From the NCBI GenBank assembly GCA_001600815.1, contig BCKZ01000005.1, forward strand, positions 319,532 to 383,531: a stretch of 64,000 nt of DNA, given 5' to 3'. The notes beneath the pieces were generated by a model. The model saw only the letters and a program-made list of their open reading frames with translations, searched no databases and was not told the DNA's origin. This stretch comes from Alloascoidea hylecoeti (lineage: Eukaryota). This document shows positions 24,501-37,580 of this stretch, in pieces; the stretch's first letter is position 1; every line of letters begins with the position of its first letter. The translations under genes and the position numbers were made by a program.

Positions 24501-27016
24501 CGATTAGAGAAATTTACAATTGAAGTTTCAAGTATGAATAGAAACAATTATAATTATAAACGTAATTATGTTAACATGATCCATATCATAGAATATAATT
24601 GATGATCTAATACAAATGCTAGTTATTCCTCCATCATAAAACTATATCCTTACAATTGATGTCATAGATATGATATTAAATAAAATTGTAATTGCAATTA
24701 TATTGTGAAATCTTAATTAAGAGGGAAATTTTTAAAATGTAGACGTCTGATGCAAAGTCACCTTAATTATGGTCTGCTCATTGGACCTATATAGCTAAAT
24801 AATTGTATCAGAGCTCGGGATTAATATAAATATTATATATAGGGTCTATACATGTTACTCTTTGTTTGTTGTATCTTTTATTCTTTATATATTAGTCTCG
24901 AGCTTCTCCAATTGATTAAACATTTCTTCATAATTATTTGATCTAATGCCCGAGAATTTAAAGGTTTCCGAACCCGTCGGTCCTTAGAAATATAAAAATG
25001 CTGTCATATTGTTTTACCCACATCCGCGATCATATGATTTTAGATCTAGATCTAATAAAATTAGTTATGAAAATTAATTTAACGTATGAATAACCAGTCG
25101 AGATTTGAGTTTCAAATTAACATGAATAAATGATCGTTGAGTCAATTAGAAGTAAATACAAAACTTATTGTAAATTAAAACATCAGATCTAGTCTAGTTA
25201 GTAGTAGTTATACTTAAATTTAAAATTAACAACGGCAACACTTTTCCAATTTACTTTATAATACATCATCTCATGATTAAAATTACAAATTACAGTTACA
25301 ATAAAACAATCATTGTTGACAACTTTACAACAACTTTTAGATGGAATGGTTATAAGAGCATTTATCATTATGAAATAACGTCTCATGACTGTTCCTTCCA
25401 ATTACAACATTATATCTACACTGTATCAAGGCCGTACGTATAGAAATATAATTGACCATGGGTGAGAATGCCACAATTACCGTATGCCATAGTCAATTGC
25501 AATATTAGCACTAGCCTTGTCTAAACATAGTAATAAAAACATGATGACTGCCACAAATCAATTTCAAAATTACTTATAATTGTACATAATTATATTAATG
25601 TTAAATGTATTCTTCATTGTGTATATGGCTTAATTAATCCTTCTTTAAAATTTATAATGATCATGAGGCAATTTTCGTTTATTTCCTTCGGGCCCAACTC
25701 CATGCTTGAAATTTGTTCTATTAAAGCTTATTGGAAAAATATATCATTATGTAATTAAATAATTACGATTACAACAATAAAATCAGTATTATAATTATAA
25801 GGGTACATGAAAATATCCGCGCCCGTGACACAGCTTAACAGATAAATAAGATCTTATGTTTCAGGTTAATTTCGGTAATTTGATCAAGATCATCCGTGGG
25901 CATTTTATAATTATCAATCGATGAAAGGTTAAATAATTACTTGTACCGTATAATTGCATATACGTTACGTTATGATACAGTATTTCTACTCTCAATTCTA
26001 TTGGAGAGAAGTTTTCGTCACTTTAGGATGTGTATTTTCAGCATAATGGTAAATTTAATTAAGCTTATAATCCTAAAAACAAAATATTTACTCCCTTGAG
26101 CAACTACTATTTAATTCCCAATACGCCGAAAATTCAAATACGAAGTATCGAAAACTTCCCCAGCAGAACAGCTAATTAAAATTGGAAAATATTTGAATTG
26201 AATATTCGGTTTTCACAACTTATCAGAAGAAATCCTCACGAAATATTAGTCTCGATCACCGTTAACTATAACATGTACAATGTTTCTATGATCTAGATTA
26301 AAATTAACCAGATATAGTAATCACACGAGGTTGAGCACGTGCAACCATTTCACCTCCAAGCCGGTGGAGTTTGTACGCGTCATAATCGATTATAAGTACC
26401 AACGTTGACTGTAGGCATTTGAAGAACATAATATGAGTTTTATGAAATAAATTCAGAAATTCACCTCTTTTTGTAGATGAGCAGGTAGTACATTGTAACT
26501 TAAGAGTATCACAATACTTGTGTGAAAATTTCTTGGATTAGTTAAACCAGATTCAACCTTATAAAGCTTGTTTAGTCGTTGCATCATATTTTTTAAGATG
26601 ATGAAGCTTCAACGTATGTTGAACCATCATCTAAATATGAAAGATGAGGATTATTTCCCTAGAATCTTACTTTTATTTTTACCCATTTTCATTCTCTAGT
26701 TCTAATTTTTTCCTTTCGTGAGATATAGACAACGTCAATCTTTTTATATATGAATCTGTTAGAGATATCGAGTATTAAAGACTAAAAATGAGATAATTTA
26801 TGATGGGTTATACTCCTACAATTGACCTTATATTAACCTTCAGAGTGACAGGAGGAGGATTCTAGAGAGTAAGAAATTTTCGTACCAGGAATTCAGTTAT
26901 GAAATTACCCTTTATAGAGAAATATGGCATTAATATTGATCAATCATTCATAATAAAAATACTAATATATTTACAACTTCATTATTAGCAATCATTATTT
27001 TATATAAATATGCAAA

Positions 27017-27505
27017 TTACTCATCCTTCTTAACATCTTTTAATTGTAACTCAGGCATTCTTAATACTTCTTTACCTTTATTAGCACTTAAATTTTGTAA
27101 TTTCTTAAGAATTGGACTATTTTTCCATCTATCAGGCAAAGGGGTGACATAAGCATCTGTATTTTTAACGGCCCAATAATAAATATCCCAATCTGAATGA
27201 TCCAACAATTCATCATATTCATCTAATTCTTCTCTTGTCATAGTTGATAAATATTTATCTGCAAAACGGGATAAAATAATATCAGATTCTAAAATACCAC
27301 GTTTTCTTGATTGATATAATAATCTTGCTCTTTTGGTGTCGGTTAGTTCATTTGGTCGTGGTAATGGTTCAATTTTGATTTCAATTTTTCCTATTCCATC
27401 ATTATTATTGGTTGTTTGACAATTTAAAGAGGTTGAGAATGTCCGGGCATAGTATGGAATGAGGGATCGAACTGATCTTGGTAAATTTCTTGTGATTAAT
27501 GACAT
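27017..27505 (-). CDS. SDH5: Succinate dehydrogenase assembly factor 2
   Basis: [25 protein letters not shown]...DWDIYYW motif; mitochondrial presequence-like N-terminus. Confidence 0.95.
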   Translation of the reverse strand: MSLITRNLPRSVRSLIPYYARTFSTSLNCQTTNNNDGIGKIEIKIEPLPRPNELTDTKRARLLYQSRKRGILESDIILSRFADKYLSTMTREELDEYDELLDHSDWDIYYWAVKNTDAYVTPLPDRWKNSPILKKLQNLSANKGKEVLRMPELQLKDVKKDE

Positions 27506-29489
27506 TACTCCGGTAATGGTAGAATAAGAAAAACTGTACTGTGGGTTCCTTAATGGCAGGGTAATATTTTGATGTTGGGCAAAGGAAACTAAATTGTACC
27601 ATACATTCGGTATTTTGAACAGTTTCGATGAGAAAAAAAGGTAAAAATAATTCGTCAGCTAATACGCAAATACTAAGCATTAAGAGAATCCAGCTTTTAC
27701 AACAAATTTCAAAACAAAACGGGTAAATTTATACTTTTAGATTTTATATTTATAAAGTTGGGATTATTCCTAGGCCTACTGTTTGCAAATGGAAATTATA
27801 GAATACAGAATATAATATGGCTACAACAAACAACGAAAGCATTGTGTTTGATCCCTAATTATAATGTTTGTTATTAATTATGATCCATTAGTAATGTTCT
27901 ACTAATATTGCATTCTTACGGTTGATAAAGTTTTATCTGTTTTAATATTGCAAGCACAACGCTTTAGATTCAATTGAAGAGTTGATTTCTTTTGAATATC
28001 CTAGTCAAATAAAGTAAAATCATCTGAAGACCATGGATAGTGGATTACTTTCTTCTATTTATCTTGAAATTTGGATTTAACACAATTAATATTATCAAAG
28101 GCTTCTACCTAAACGATAACAAAAAGGTTAGTACATCCATAATTACTGTAGATCTAGAAGATGGTTATCTTCCTGTTAGTGTATATCGTCACCCGAGGCT
28201 TTCAGCTTGCATGTATAACTTACATTACTATACCGGTACATACAATAATCGATTTACCGTGTGACTTCCGGACACAAGTATTCATAATTGATAGCTACAA
28301 GTGGATAATTATACTGTGAAAATAAATTTGTAAATAAAGCAGCTGAGTAGCATCCTTAAACGTTAACTTGTAGTCGTCTACCCATGCAATATAAATTATG
28401 TATATCACTAAAATTGTTTAATAAATCAATTTCAAGTAGCTTTTTTTTTACTTTACCACTACTTAAAAAAGAGCTTCCATTTTTAGCTTCCTTTGAAATT
28501 CGCTCATTATATGAATGTAATTGATGAGAATTCTAAGTTTCCGTAATGATTATGAACAAAGTAGGCGATAAAGCTAATTATATATATGTAAAATAACACC
28601 TCTATCAACAGTAATATTTCGAAAGTATCTGGAGATATCTATCTTATAAGCTTAAAGCCAGCGCCTATAACCTTATATGTAGATATCACAAAATATTAGT
28701 TAAATACAAAAGAATTATGCTTATATAATAAACCCAATTATAGTTGAATACTTCATTTAGTATTGCATTTGCCTGATACTACCTATAACACTATCTATGT
28801 TTAATGTTGATATAAGAAATATAATTATTATTGTTAAAAAATTAAACCTTTGTGCATATATGCATAGTTAACGAAACCTTAAAACCATTAAGAGTGTATA
28901 TTTTTGTTGATAAGGTAGGCCTTCTTCTGACTATTTACCTTCGATAATCAAGCGTTATTTCCTTGATGATATCCATTACTTTTCTTGAATTTAGGCTCTA
29001 TAGAGAAACGTCTTTTTATCAGTTAATTATGAATAATAATATAGTATACGGTATACGGGGGTATATTACTTATCTAACAAATCCGTTGAAATTGTTAGGT
29101 CATTGGAGTTTGGGTATTAGAGTTGAATATCAGAGTTAGAAATAAGTATTGACTGAGGTATACTTATACCAGTTTAATATAAGAAAATATTGTGAGAAGT
29201 AATTTATGTTTAGACTTTGTTACAATGGATATTGTATTTGATTTCATATAATTATGTTTAAGCCTTATATGGTAGAAGTTCGTATATGCATACTATACAT
29301 ATGTCAATTGTTAATGACAATCTACCACTATAGATACGTATGATATCCTACAAGTCTACGTTTCTTTTTTTATTACTTATAAAGGACTGAGTTGACACTA
29401 TATCTTTCAGTTTATAAAAAAGTATTGGTGTATAATTATAATAAAGAATATATCTCTTAAATGTTATTACCTGATCTAGATAATAATGA

Positions 29490-30850
29490 ATGCATGTTTT
29501 ACAAATTTGAATACGGTTATGATCTCGTTGGTAAGAATGGGACTTAAACAATGATTTTACTCTTCATCCGGATAATGATCCAATGGATTGTCAAGGTCGT
29601 AGTACCCACGTTGCTGGTATTCTTGGTGCTGTTACTGTCTCTATTTAATTCGGTGATCCAAATACTCCTTCTGCTATATCGAATAGTCCTAAAGGAGCTG
29701 GAAATTTAGATGCATTTTCTTCATGGGGTGGTATAAAATGATCACCGTTGTCTACTGATGTATATTAAACTCGTTACTATATAAATATCATATAAAAATG
29801 GATATTTATACAGTTCTATAAAAGCAGTCACATTTAACATGGATGCTGTAAATATAACTAACTATTCTATTCAATCCTGTACATATATTGAAAGGGCTTC
29901 TATTCATAGGTGGTACTTATGAACATAAATATTATCCAACAGTTGCTGCTCCTGGTGGAAGCATCTATTCAACAATGATCGGAGGCAATAAATATGCTTT
30001 TCTTAGTGGAACAAGTATGGCTACTCATTACATTGCTGGTGTTGCTGCTTTATATTTTGGTGCCAAAGGAGGCAGAGATAAACTTGGCGCATATCCTGCT
30101 ATTGATCTTTGAACAAAATTTGTTGCTACTGCTAATAACGTTGCAGATTTTAATGGAAAAAAATACAGGTCATCCAGCGCCTATTATTCTACAAGGTGGA
30201 GGTATAGTTGATGGTTCAAAACTATTAAACTATGCTACAATCATTACTTCAAAAGCTGCTTTAGAACTTAATAAAACTGCCAATAGAGTCTCTACTCATA
30301 CTATTACATTTAAAAATACAGGAGATTGTATTGTTACTTATTTTATTGATCATCAACCATTTCCAACAGTATCATCATTTGATGCAGATGGAGAATTTCA
30401 ATCTAAATATCCTGTTACTTCAGAAGTTTATGCATCTGTTGAATTTTCACAACGAATTGTTGTTCTTTTTCAATATTAAGAAGGATCAGTAGATGTCACA
30501 TAAGTATTTCTACATATTAACATTCTGAAATAATGATTTAATAAACATTTATTATGATTATAGCAATTGAAATCGATGCTGAGAAAGATCGCATATGGGG
30601 AACTAAATTTACTCCGACATTTGAAGCTTACATTTGTCCAGATAATGATCATGAACCTTGCGGCAATTGCAATATTACAACCATTCCTGATTATGAATAT
30701 AATTTGGTCACCGGTGACTCACCAATCATTAGTAAGGAGACTTAAACCAAGAGCTGTAAATAATATTGAGGATTGGGAATTAGTACTTTCACCCACAATT
30801 AAAACTGTTGGTCCATCTGACAATGGTTCAACTTCTCAGAAGCATCATGT
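29490..30850 (+). pseudogene. Degraded subtilisin-like S8 protease
   Basis: Fragments in the expected order: YGYDLVG, DPMDCQGRSTHVAGILGA (catalytic His codon replaced by Arg), FSSWGG, PTVAAPGGSIYST, SGTSMATHYIAGVAALY, QGGGIVD; stops, frameshifts and large deletions. Confidence 0.85.
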
Positions 30851-31639
30851 ATAATATTATAGTCACCGGTTCCCATCCTTTCAGATAACCGCAGTCTGAC
30901 ACAATAATTTAGCCGGTTTTAGGGCCCGGATATATGTTTTTATTCTCTCTGTATAATAATATTCGAGGTTGGAGCTTCGTCGGTAAATGATGAGGGTTGT
31001 TCCATCGGATTTCTAATACGCTTATTTTAGGATAGAATTATGTAATTTGGCCAAGGCATTTGTACTATAGTTACGACATATAACTTATGTATTTGAAATT
31101 TACTATGTATGCCGGTACTTACTTCCCTCTGTATGCTTATAGATTCAAAGTTATAATAATCTGTAAGATATAGCTATGTGGCTACAATTAGATTGATATC
31201 GGTTCAAAACTTTTAAATTCAAAAGATCGATCATCAACATTAATATTATTATCATCATCATGATCAATTAAAAAGGTAGAATTTTTTAAAACGCATATGC
31301 ATACCCATCAATTCTAATCAGGTTATAACTGATATTAATTCTTTTAAACACTTATATTATATTTAAGATGATTTCATTTTATCATAAACAAATGAATTTA
31401 AGCGCGAATTTAATTAGAGATGTATAATAGATTTTGTGATGATGATTAACTATATAGTGTATATCCGATTTAACAATTTTTGATGACTATAAATATGGGC
31501 TTGAGTCCTTAACATTTTTTCAATTGTTTTCCCATATTCAATCTTATAAATCAATTATTGGAGCTGAATTCATCGATTTAAACATATCAAATACAAAGCA
31601 AATTATTGCATTACTCTCTAATCAAATTTCACCTTTAAA

Positions 31640-31720
31640 ATGTCAAAGTGTTCTTGTGTAAACCCAAAGGCGTGTACCTGTGCTGCTGGTTGCCATTGTA
31701 CCTGCTGTTCCCATAAATAA
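31640..31720 (+). CDS. Small fungal metallothionein, 26 aa: MSKCSCVNPKACTCAAGCHCTCCSHK
   Basis: 8 Cys in CxC-x5-CxC-x3-CxC-x-CC, the spacing of Neurospora-type Cu-metallothioneins; AAAATGTCA start context; TATAAA at 31545. Confidence 0.88.
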   Translation: MSKCSCVNPKACTCAAGCHCTCCSHK

Positions 31721-34239
31721 GTTAAGGATATAAAAGTTGATCAATTTAAAATAATCAGAAGGAATTTCTAATTGTTAATAAAAAGTATTATCAAAAGTTT
31801 TCAGTTAAAATTTGGTGTTGAAGATAGGTCTTTCGTTATACATAGCTATATTTGTTGTTTTACTATAGTTATCTTTAATATTAATTTCTTTTTTGCTTAC
31901 TTTTTGCGTATGATATTTGACCGATATATATAAAATCATATATGATTGAAGGAATATATATTTTTATATGCATATGCATAGTCATATTTATGCATTGTTT
32001 ATCCTAGTTCGTAACATTTATATGCATAACTACAAACTAAATAGGACTGGTACAAAAGTTATATATATCGATTACAATAATATGAAATAAGGTTATAAGC
32101 AATTGTAACTATAGTAAAATCCAACTTTAGATCTATATAGTGTATGATAAATAGGGTTTACTTATTTTCTCTACTTCAGATTTAAGGATTTCTACTTTGA
32201 GCAGGTGTTATACTAGAAGGGTTGGCGTATCATTTTACAGTATACCGAACAATTGAAGGTCCGATATAAAATCATCTGCTTATTTCTGCATATGATAATT
32301 ATGGGCCATGCTTATTTAGTTAGAGTACGTATATCTCAATCTGCTTAGTTGGTTAATTAGAAGACAACCGTACAACTAGGATTATATTTCCGATGTTAAA
32401 GTTATTGGTAGAAAACAGATATCGATAAAAGTGTTGATAAATGTTGTTTCATGGCCAAAATTACAGGAATCATAGTGTGAATATGTCAAAATAGATTCAG
32501 TGGATTGTAGGAATTTTTAATTTTTAATTTTTGTTATTGATTGTGAACCTGTAAGGATATTATGGATTGAATTGTAGCTAAAGGCTTGTCCTTAAAATTG
32601 ATATTAATAAATGGATATGCTGAGTAGATGTTATTTGTTAAAGTTCAAAGTGCCTGTTCTCCCAGTTGCGCCAAAAAGCCAATCGACTCTTTAGTGAACT
32701 GTTCTAAGAGTGTAATATATATACCACATTATTCATAATTATAATTATGTATACTTTTCTTCTCTTACTACTTTTCTCAATAAAACTAAAACATAGAATA
32801 AGTTTTCAGCTTCACAGCTGCTCTAGCGTGATATGCTCTAAATAGTTAGAATTTTTTGACACAATTTACCAGTATTATTCAATGCTACGGCATTTGTAGT
32901 AGCTAATTATAAATTTTTTATATCATTTAAAATCATTGGATTTATCTACAGTGGATGTACAAAATTCTACGCTTTTGGTTTCACTCTGAAAAACATACAA
33001 TCTATAGACATAAAATCTTTATTAAAGGGCTAACTCTCAAGGGATTATTACTAAATAAAATATAAATATGTTTCTTAACCTTTTATCATCATTATTTAAA
33101 TCCATTATTACTATCTCATATAATTATGATCACCATTTAAATACCTATCAAAGTTCACTACAGGATATTCCGATGTTAGATGCTGATTCTTCATTTTATT
33201 TTTTATCTATTAATTGTGACTCTCAAACTGATCACTATCGATTCATAGCTGTTGGAGTTGTTGGTTGAATTTGTTGGCCATGTTTTATAATGCTAATTGT
33301 TGGTTCATTACTAGTTGCTGACCTGATATTACCCTCAGTAGTAGTATCAGCTACATCTGGCGGATTAAAATCAATGGTAATGATGGATAAGGCATGATCA
33401 TAAATGGATTGGGGTCTTGGTCTTAATGATTTTTTATCACCTCTATTTTCTTGATAATATTTAATCATTTGGTACTCAAATTACCTCTTTCCATGAACGT
33501 TTAAAAAGGAGACCAGGTCTTTTGTTTATGAAGAATATAAGTGTATTCATACTCTTGAATATACATCTTTGCAAATAATCTTCTATTCTCAAGCTAGCGC
33601 CCCCAATGTGCCAAAATTCTTAATTCTACCTTATCAGCCTCTTGGATTATTTTTATTTTGGGCTTCATTTCTTAAATACCAAGACTTCTATGCTTCCATA
33701 GGATGAACATTTCTATTGTATAGAGGAGTACTATCAATAGCCATTATAGTTAAAATAATATATTAGAAATATAATTATGAAGGTGGATTTTTTTTCTCAT
33801 ATATATAGTATACGCAGTGAAATCCATATGACTATAATAATAAAGTTTTGTAACCTAAAATCATTAACATTTCCCCATTGATCGTTGTGTGTAATAAGGT
33901 TTAGCTGTACTACATAGTGTATTCCCATAATCGAACTCTTCTTTCAAAAATTAAATATATCCAAAATTACGAATTCCTTAACGGGCTATACGTTGGATAA
34001 CCGCTAGAGTGAAACACTTAAACCCAAATCTCAGTCTGTCTCCGATAATTCCCTGTCTATTACTACCATTGAATTTAATTCCAGCCCAGCTGCAACAAAT
34101 AAGTTACCAATTATGTAAAAGCTTAACTAAGTAGACTCTTTTGGATGCCAGCCTAAATAAAAATGGCAAAATTATAGCTTGCTACTAAATGTTTTTGAAT
34201 GCCTTAAAATGCTCTTCAAACTGTACATAATAAGTTTAG

Positions 34240-34960
34240 TACCCAAACTTAGTGTTGGTCCCTTAACGCCATAGACGGCTTCCAATGACACCAAGATCCA
34301 CGAGCTCAATTCCACCAATGTGATATACTTTTATGAAGAGATGAAAAGTGTGCTCAATCGGACTCTGGCCCATACAGGAAGGCGGCCAACACCTCTATCT
34401 TTTTACCACGAAACGAATCCATCCTAATTTTAGCTTTATGGATCAATCTGTTATCCTGCTTTAATATGAAACTCTAGCTCATCAAAGGTCTCTTCCAGAA
34501 GTTGTATGTAGGAACTTGCGGTGCCTCCTATTTTTCTGCCATCAATCACTCTATACAGTGAAGTATGGCCAGACCATAAAGCTTACAGACTCAGAATTCC
34601 TTTTAATATAAATATTTCATGATTCAAAGTTAGTGAGACTGTTGCGGAGCATACGCTTTTCCAGATCTTGATCCTGTGCGACTGAACATTTGCCACTAAA
34701 TACAAAACCATCCTAAATTTCATGCGGCCACTTTGACCATTTACATACCGGAAATATTCTATTCATGGTTTTACAGAAGTGTTTGGATGCGGTCTTCGAT
34801 ATTGCGATGCTGAACTTTGACGACTTCTGCTCAAACGTATTCGAGGGTAAATTTCGCAACCCTCAGATTTTGATTTACTGCTATTTTAGTAAGCTCTACA
34901 GGCTTTCTTGTTCAATGAGGTGCTACGCCAGAAGAATTGTTGATGTATTTATTGATGATA
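34240..34960 (-). mobile_element. Degenerate Tc1-like (about DD34E) transposase relic
   Basis: Minus-strand fragments SVSFMVW, YIQLLEET, KQDNRLIHKAK...IEVL/WPPSCMGQSPIEHTF and LEAVYGVKG follow the Tc1 catalytic-domain order. Confidence 0.75.
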
Positions 34961-35351
34961 AACCGTAAAGTTGAAAATGTAATATTAAACCTTCTGCTTA
35001 TTTCTGTAATTGAGAAGTCATTTTTATTTATATCGCAAATTTTAATAGGCTTAGATAGCTGTCAATACTTTTTAGGGTTATAATTACCTGAGATCTCGCT
35101 TAACGGAATTCTAAAAGTCCTTCTATGTATATTTAAAAAAGGGTTGTTTTTTGGAGAGGTGTAGAAAAAACCCAACAAGCAAACTCTTAATTACGGCATA
35201 ATTATGAGTAAGTCTTTTTACCGTATTTTTCACAGATCTAAGAATCCCTTTTGTCATATAAATACCTAAACCCTTGAGAAACTATGTAGAAATAAACATC
35301 TTCTCTAATTGCAGATTAGATATATTTATATTTCTATATATATATATCTTC

Positions 35352-37097
35352 ATGTCTTACTTATTAACACATTCAACGTTTGGAACTCTTATTCATTACT
35401 TTTTAAAGTCCGACTCTAAAATACAGGATCTAGAGCACAAAAAGATAAAACTCCAAGATACACCAACTTCAATTGAATCTAACAATATTAATGATAAAGA
35501 CAAGAACGTTGACGAAGCCAATGGTATTGAAAAAAAATCTGAAGAAAAATCTACTACCCATGGTATGGATCTCAATTCATTTGACCCTAGGTCTAATTCG
35601 TCAACTGAAGTCATTTCAGACTTAAAAGGTTTAGGTGATAATACAGCAAGGGAAACACCAGAAGCTATATTAAAAAAGGATTTAAATTATGGTTATTATA
35701 TTGTTGAATGGGAAGGTAATGATCCGGATTATCCTCAAAATTGGCCACTTTCTAGAAAAATTAAAGCTAATGCTTTGATATCAATATTAACTTTCTCTGT
35801 TTATGTTGGAGCTTCGATTTATTCAAGTTCAACTGAAGAAATATCAAGAGTCTTTAATGTTTCATTAACAAAGGCAATTTTAGGATTATCTCTTTATATA
35901 CTTGGCTATGGTTTAGGTCCATTAATATTATCTCCTTTGACCGAAATTCCAACGGTTGGTAGAACACCCGTTTATATTGTTACTTTATCTTTATTTGTTA
36001 TATTCAATTTGGTTGGGGCGCTCTCAAAAAACTATAGTACTTTAATGGCTATGAGATTTTTAACAGGGCTTTTTGGTAGCCCTGCATTATCTACTGGTGG
36101 TGCCTCTTTAACTGATATGTTTAGTTATGCTCAAGCACCATTTTCTTTGATTGCATGGTCTTTTGGAGCTCTTGCTGGACCTGTTATTGGACCAATAATT
36201 GGAGGCTACTCGGTGATGAAATTAAACTGGAGATGGCCTTTATGGGAAGTAGAAATAGCTTCTGGAATATCATTACTGTTGTTATTTTTCCTGCTTCCAG
36301 AAACATATGCACCGAAATTATTGATTCAAAAAGCAGATAAAATTAGAAAAAATCAACCTCCAGAAATTGCAAAATTAATCAAAACAGAAGCTGAAATTAA
36401 GCAAATGCACACAACTGTTTCATCTTTCTTATTTGATGCTTTAGCAAAACCAATTCAGATTGGTTTAGAACCAGTTGTTCTGTTCTGTAATATATATCTA
36501 GGTCTATCATACGCACAGTTTTATCTTTGGTTTGAGGCATTTCCATTGGTATTTGTTAATATTTACGATTTTAATCTTGGTCAACTTGGATTACCATTCT
36601 TAGGTTTAGTAATAAGTTGTGCAATTACAAGCGCCATCTACATGTATCATTATTATAAAGTATACTATAAACAAAATTTAAAAGGAGAATGGGGAGTACC
36701 AGAAGATCGGTTAAAAATCGCTCTAATTGGAGGATTGTTCATTCCTGTTTCATTATTTATTTTTGGATGGACATCTCGTGCAAGTATTCATTGGATTGCT
36801 CCAACAATTGGTGCAGCACTTTATTTACCTGGTACTTTCCTATTATTTCAAACATTAATGGTATATTTACCAATGTCCTACCCAAAATATGTTGCTTCTC
36901 TCATGGCAATAAATACGGCTTTTAGGTCAATTATGGCAAGTGTGTTTCCCTTATTTGCTCATAGATTATATACTGTTATGGGTATTGGTCAAGCTTGTAG
37001 TATGTTAGCAGGCATTTCACTTGCTTTACAACCTATTTTATTATTGATATATATATATGGATCTAAAATAAGGCAATGGTCTAAATATGCCGAGTAA
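35352..37097 (+). CDS. MFS drug:H+ antiporter, DHA1 family (Flr1/Mdr1-like)
   Basis: VEWEGNDPDYPQNW, GLSLYILGYGLGPLILSPLTEIPTVGR, MRFLTGLFGSPALSTGGASLTDM, LPETY; many TM segments; likely ATG at 35352. Confidence 0.92.
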   Translation: MSYLLTHSTFGTLIHYFLKSDSKIQDLEHKKIKLQDTPTSIESNNINDKDKNVDEANGIEKKSEEKSTTHGMDLNSFDPRSNSSTEVISDLKGLGDNTARETPEAILKKDLNYGYYIVEWEGNDPDYPQNWPLSRKIKANALISILTFSVYVGASIYSSSTEEISRVFNVSLTKAILGLSLYILGYGLGPLILSPLTEIPTVGRTPVYIVTLSLFVIFNLVGALSKNYSTLMAMRFLTGLFGSPALSTGGASLTDMFSYAQAPFSLIAWSFGALAGPVIGPIIGGYSVMKLNWRWPLWEVEIASGISLLLLFFLLPETYAPKLLIQKADKIRKNQPPEIAKLIKTEAEIKQMHTTVSSFLFDALAKPIQIGLEPVVLFCNIYLGLSYAQFYLWFEAFPLVFVNIYDFNLGQLGLPFLGLVISCAITSAIYMYHYYKVYYKQNLKGEWGVPEDRLKIALIGGLFIPVSLFIFGWTSRASIHWIAPTIGAALYLPGTFLLFQTLMVYLPMSYPKYVASLMAINTAFRSIMASVFPLFAHRLYTVMGIGQACSMLAGISLALQPILLLIYIYGSKIRQWSKYAE

Positions 37098-37249
37098 TAT
37101 ATTTTCTTATAATATTAATTGATTGATTATAAAATGAATGATTTGAGATATGACATAAGTGGCTTAATTGTGATTTTTATTGATTAGCATAGCATCTTCA
37201 TTCACATAGATTAATTATAAAATGTATTATAGAGAAATGTAAAATACAG

Positions 37250-37580
37250 CTCTGGCACAATAATGCAAATCCTCCAATTCCTAAATAAAAAAAACAGGAG
37301 GGAAATCAAATGGAACAATTATATTGACCCAAACCTAGATCCATTGAAAATGGTTTGGCACAAGCTCAAAAGTGATACGAAGAGAAGCAAGCATCCAGAG
37401 TATAATGAAAGGTGGACTCAAAAAGGCTGGTGATAGTCTTTCAGTGATAGTATTTCAGTGGTACCCGTATTGTCAGAGTTACGCGATCAGCAGGAACAAT
37501 CACTCTTGACTCTTCGCATCCATGTCATCGACCAAAATACTTGTATGCATAGAAGCAAAAAGAGGGCACCCTGACTACAT
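37250..37580 (+). mobile_element. Degenerate 3' end of a Tc1-like transposase
   Basis: HNNANP, PNLDP/IEN/VWHKLK (SPDLNPIENVW-like) and SMS...CIEAKRGHPDY (AKGGxTKY-like) with frameshifts. Confidence 0.65.
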
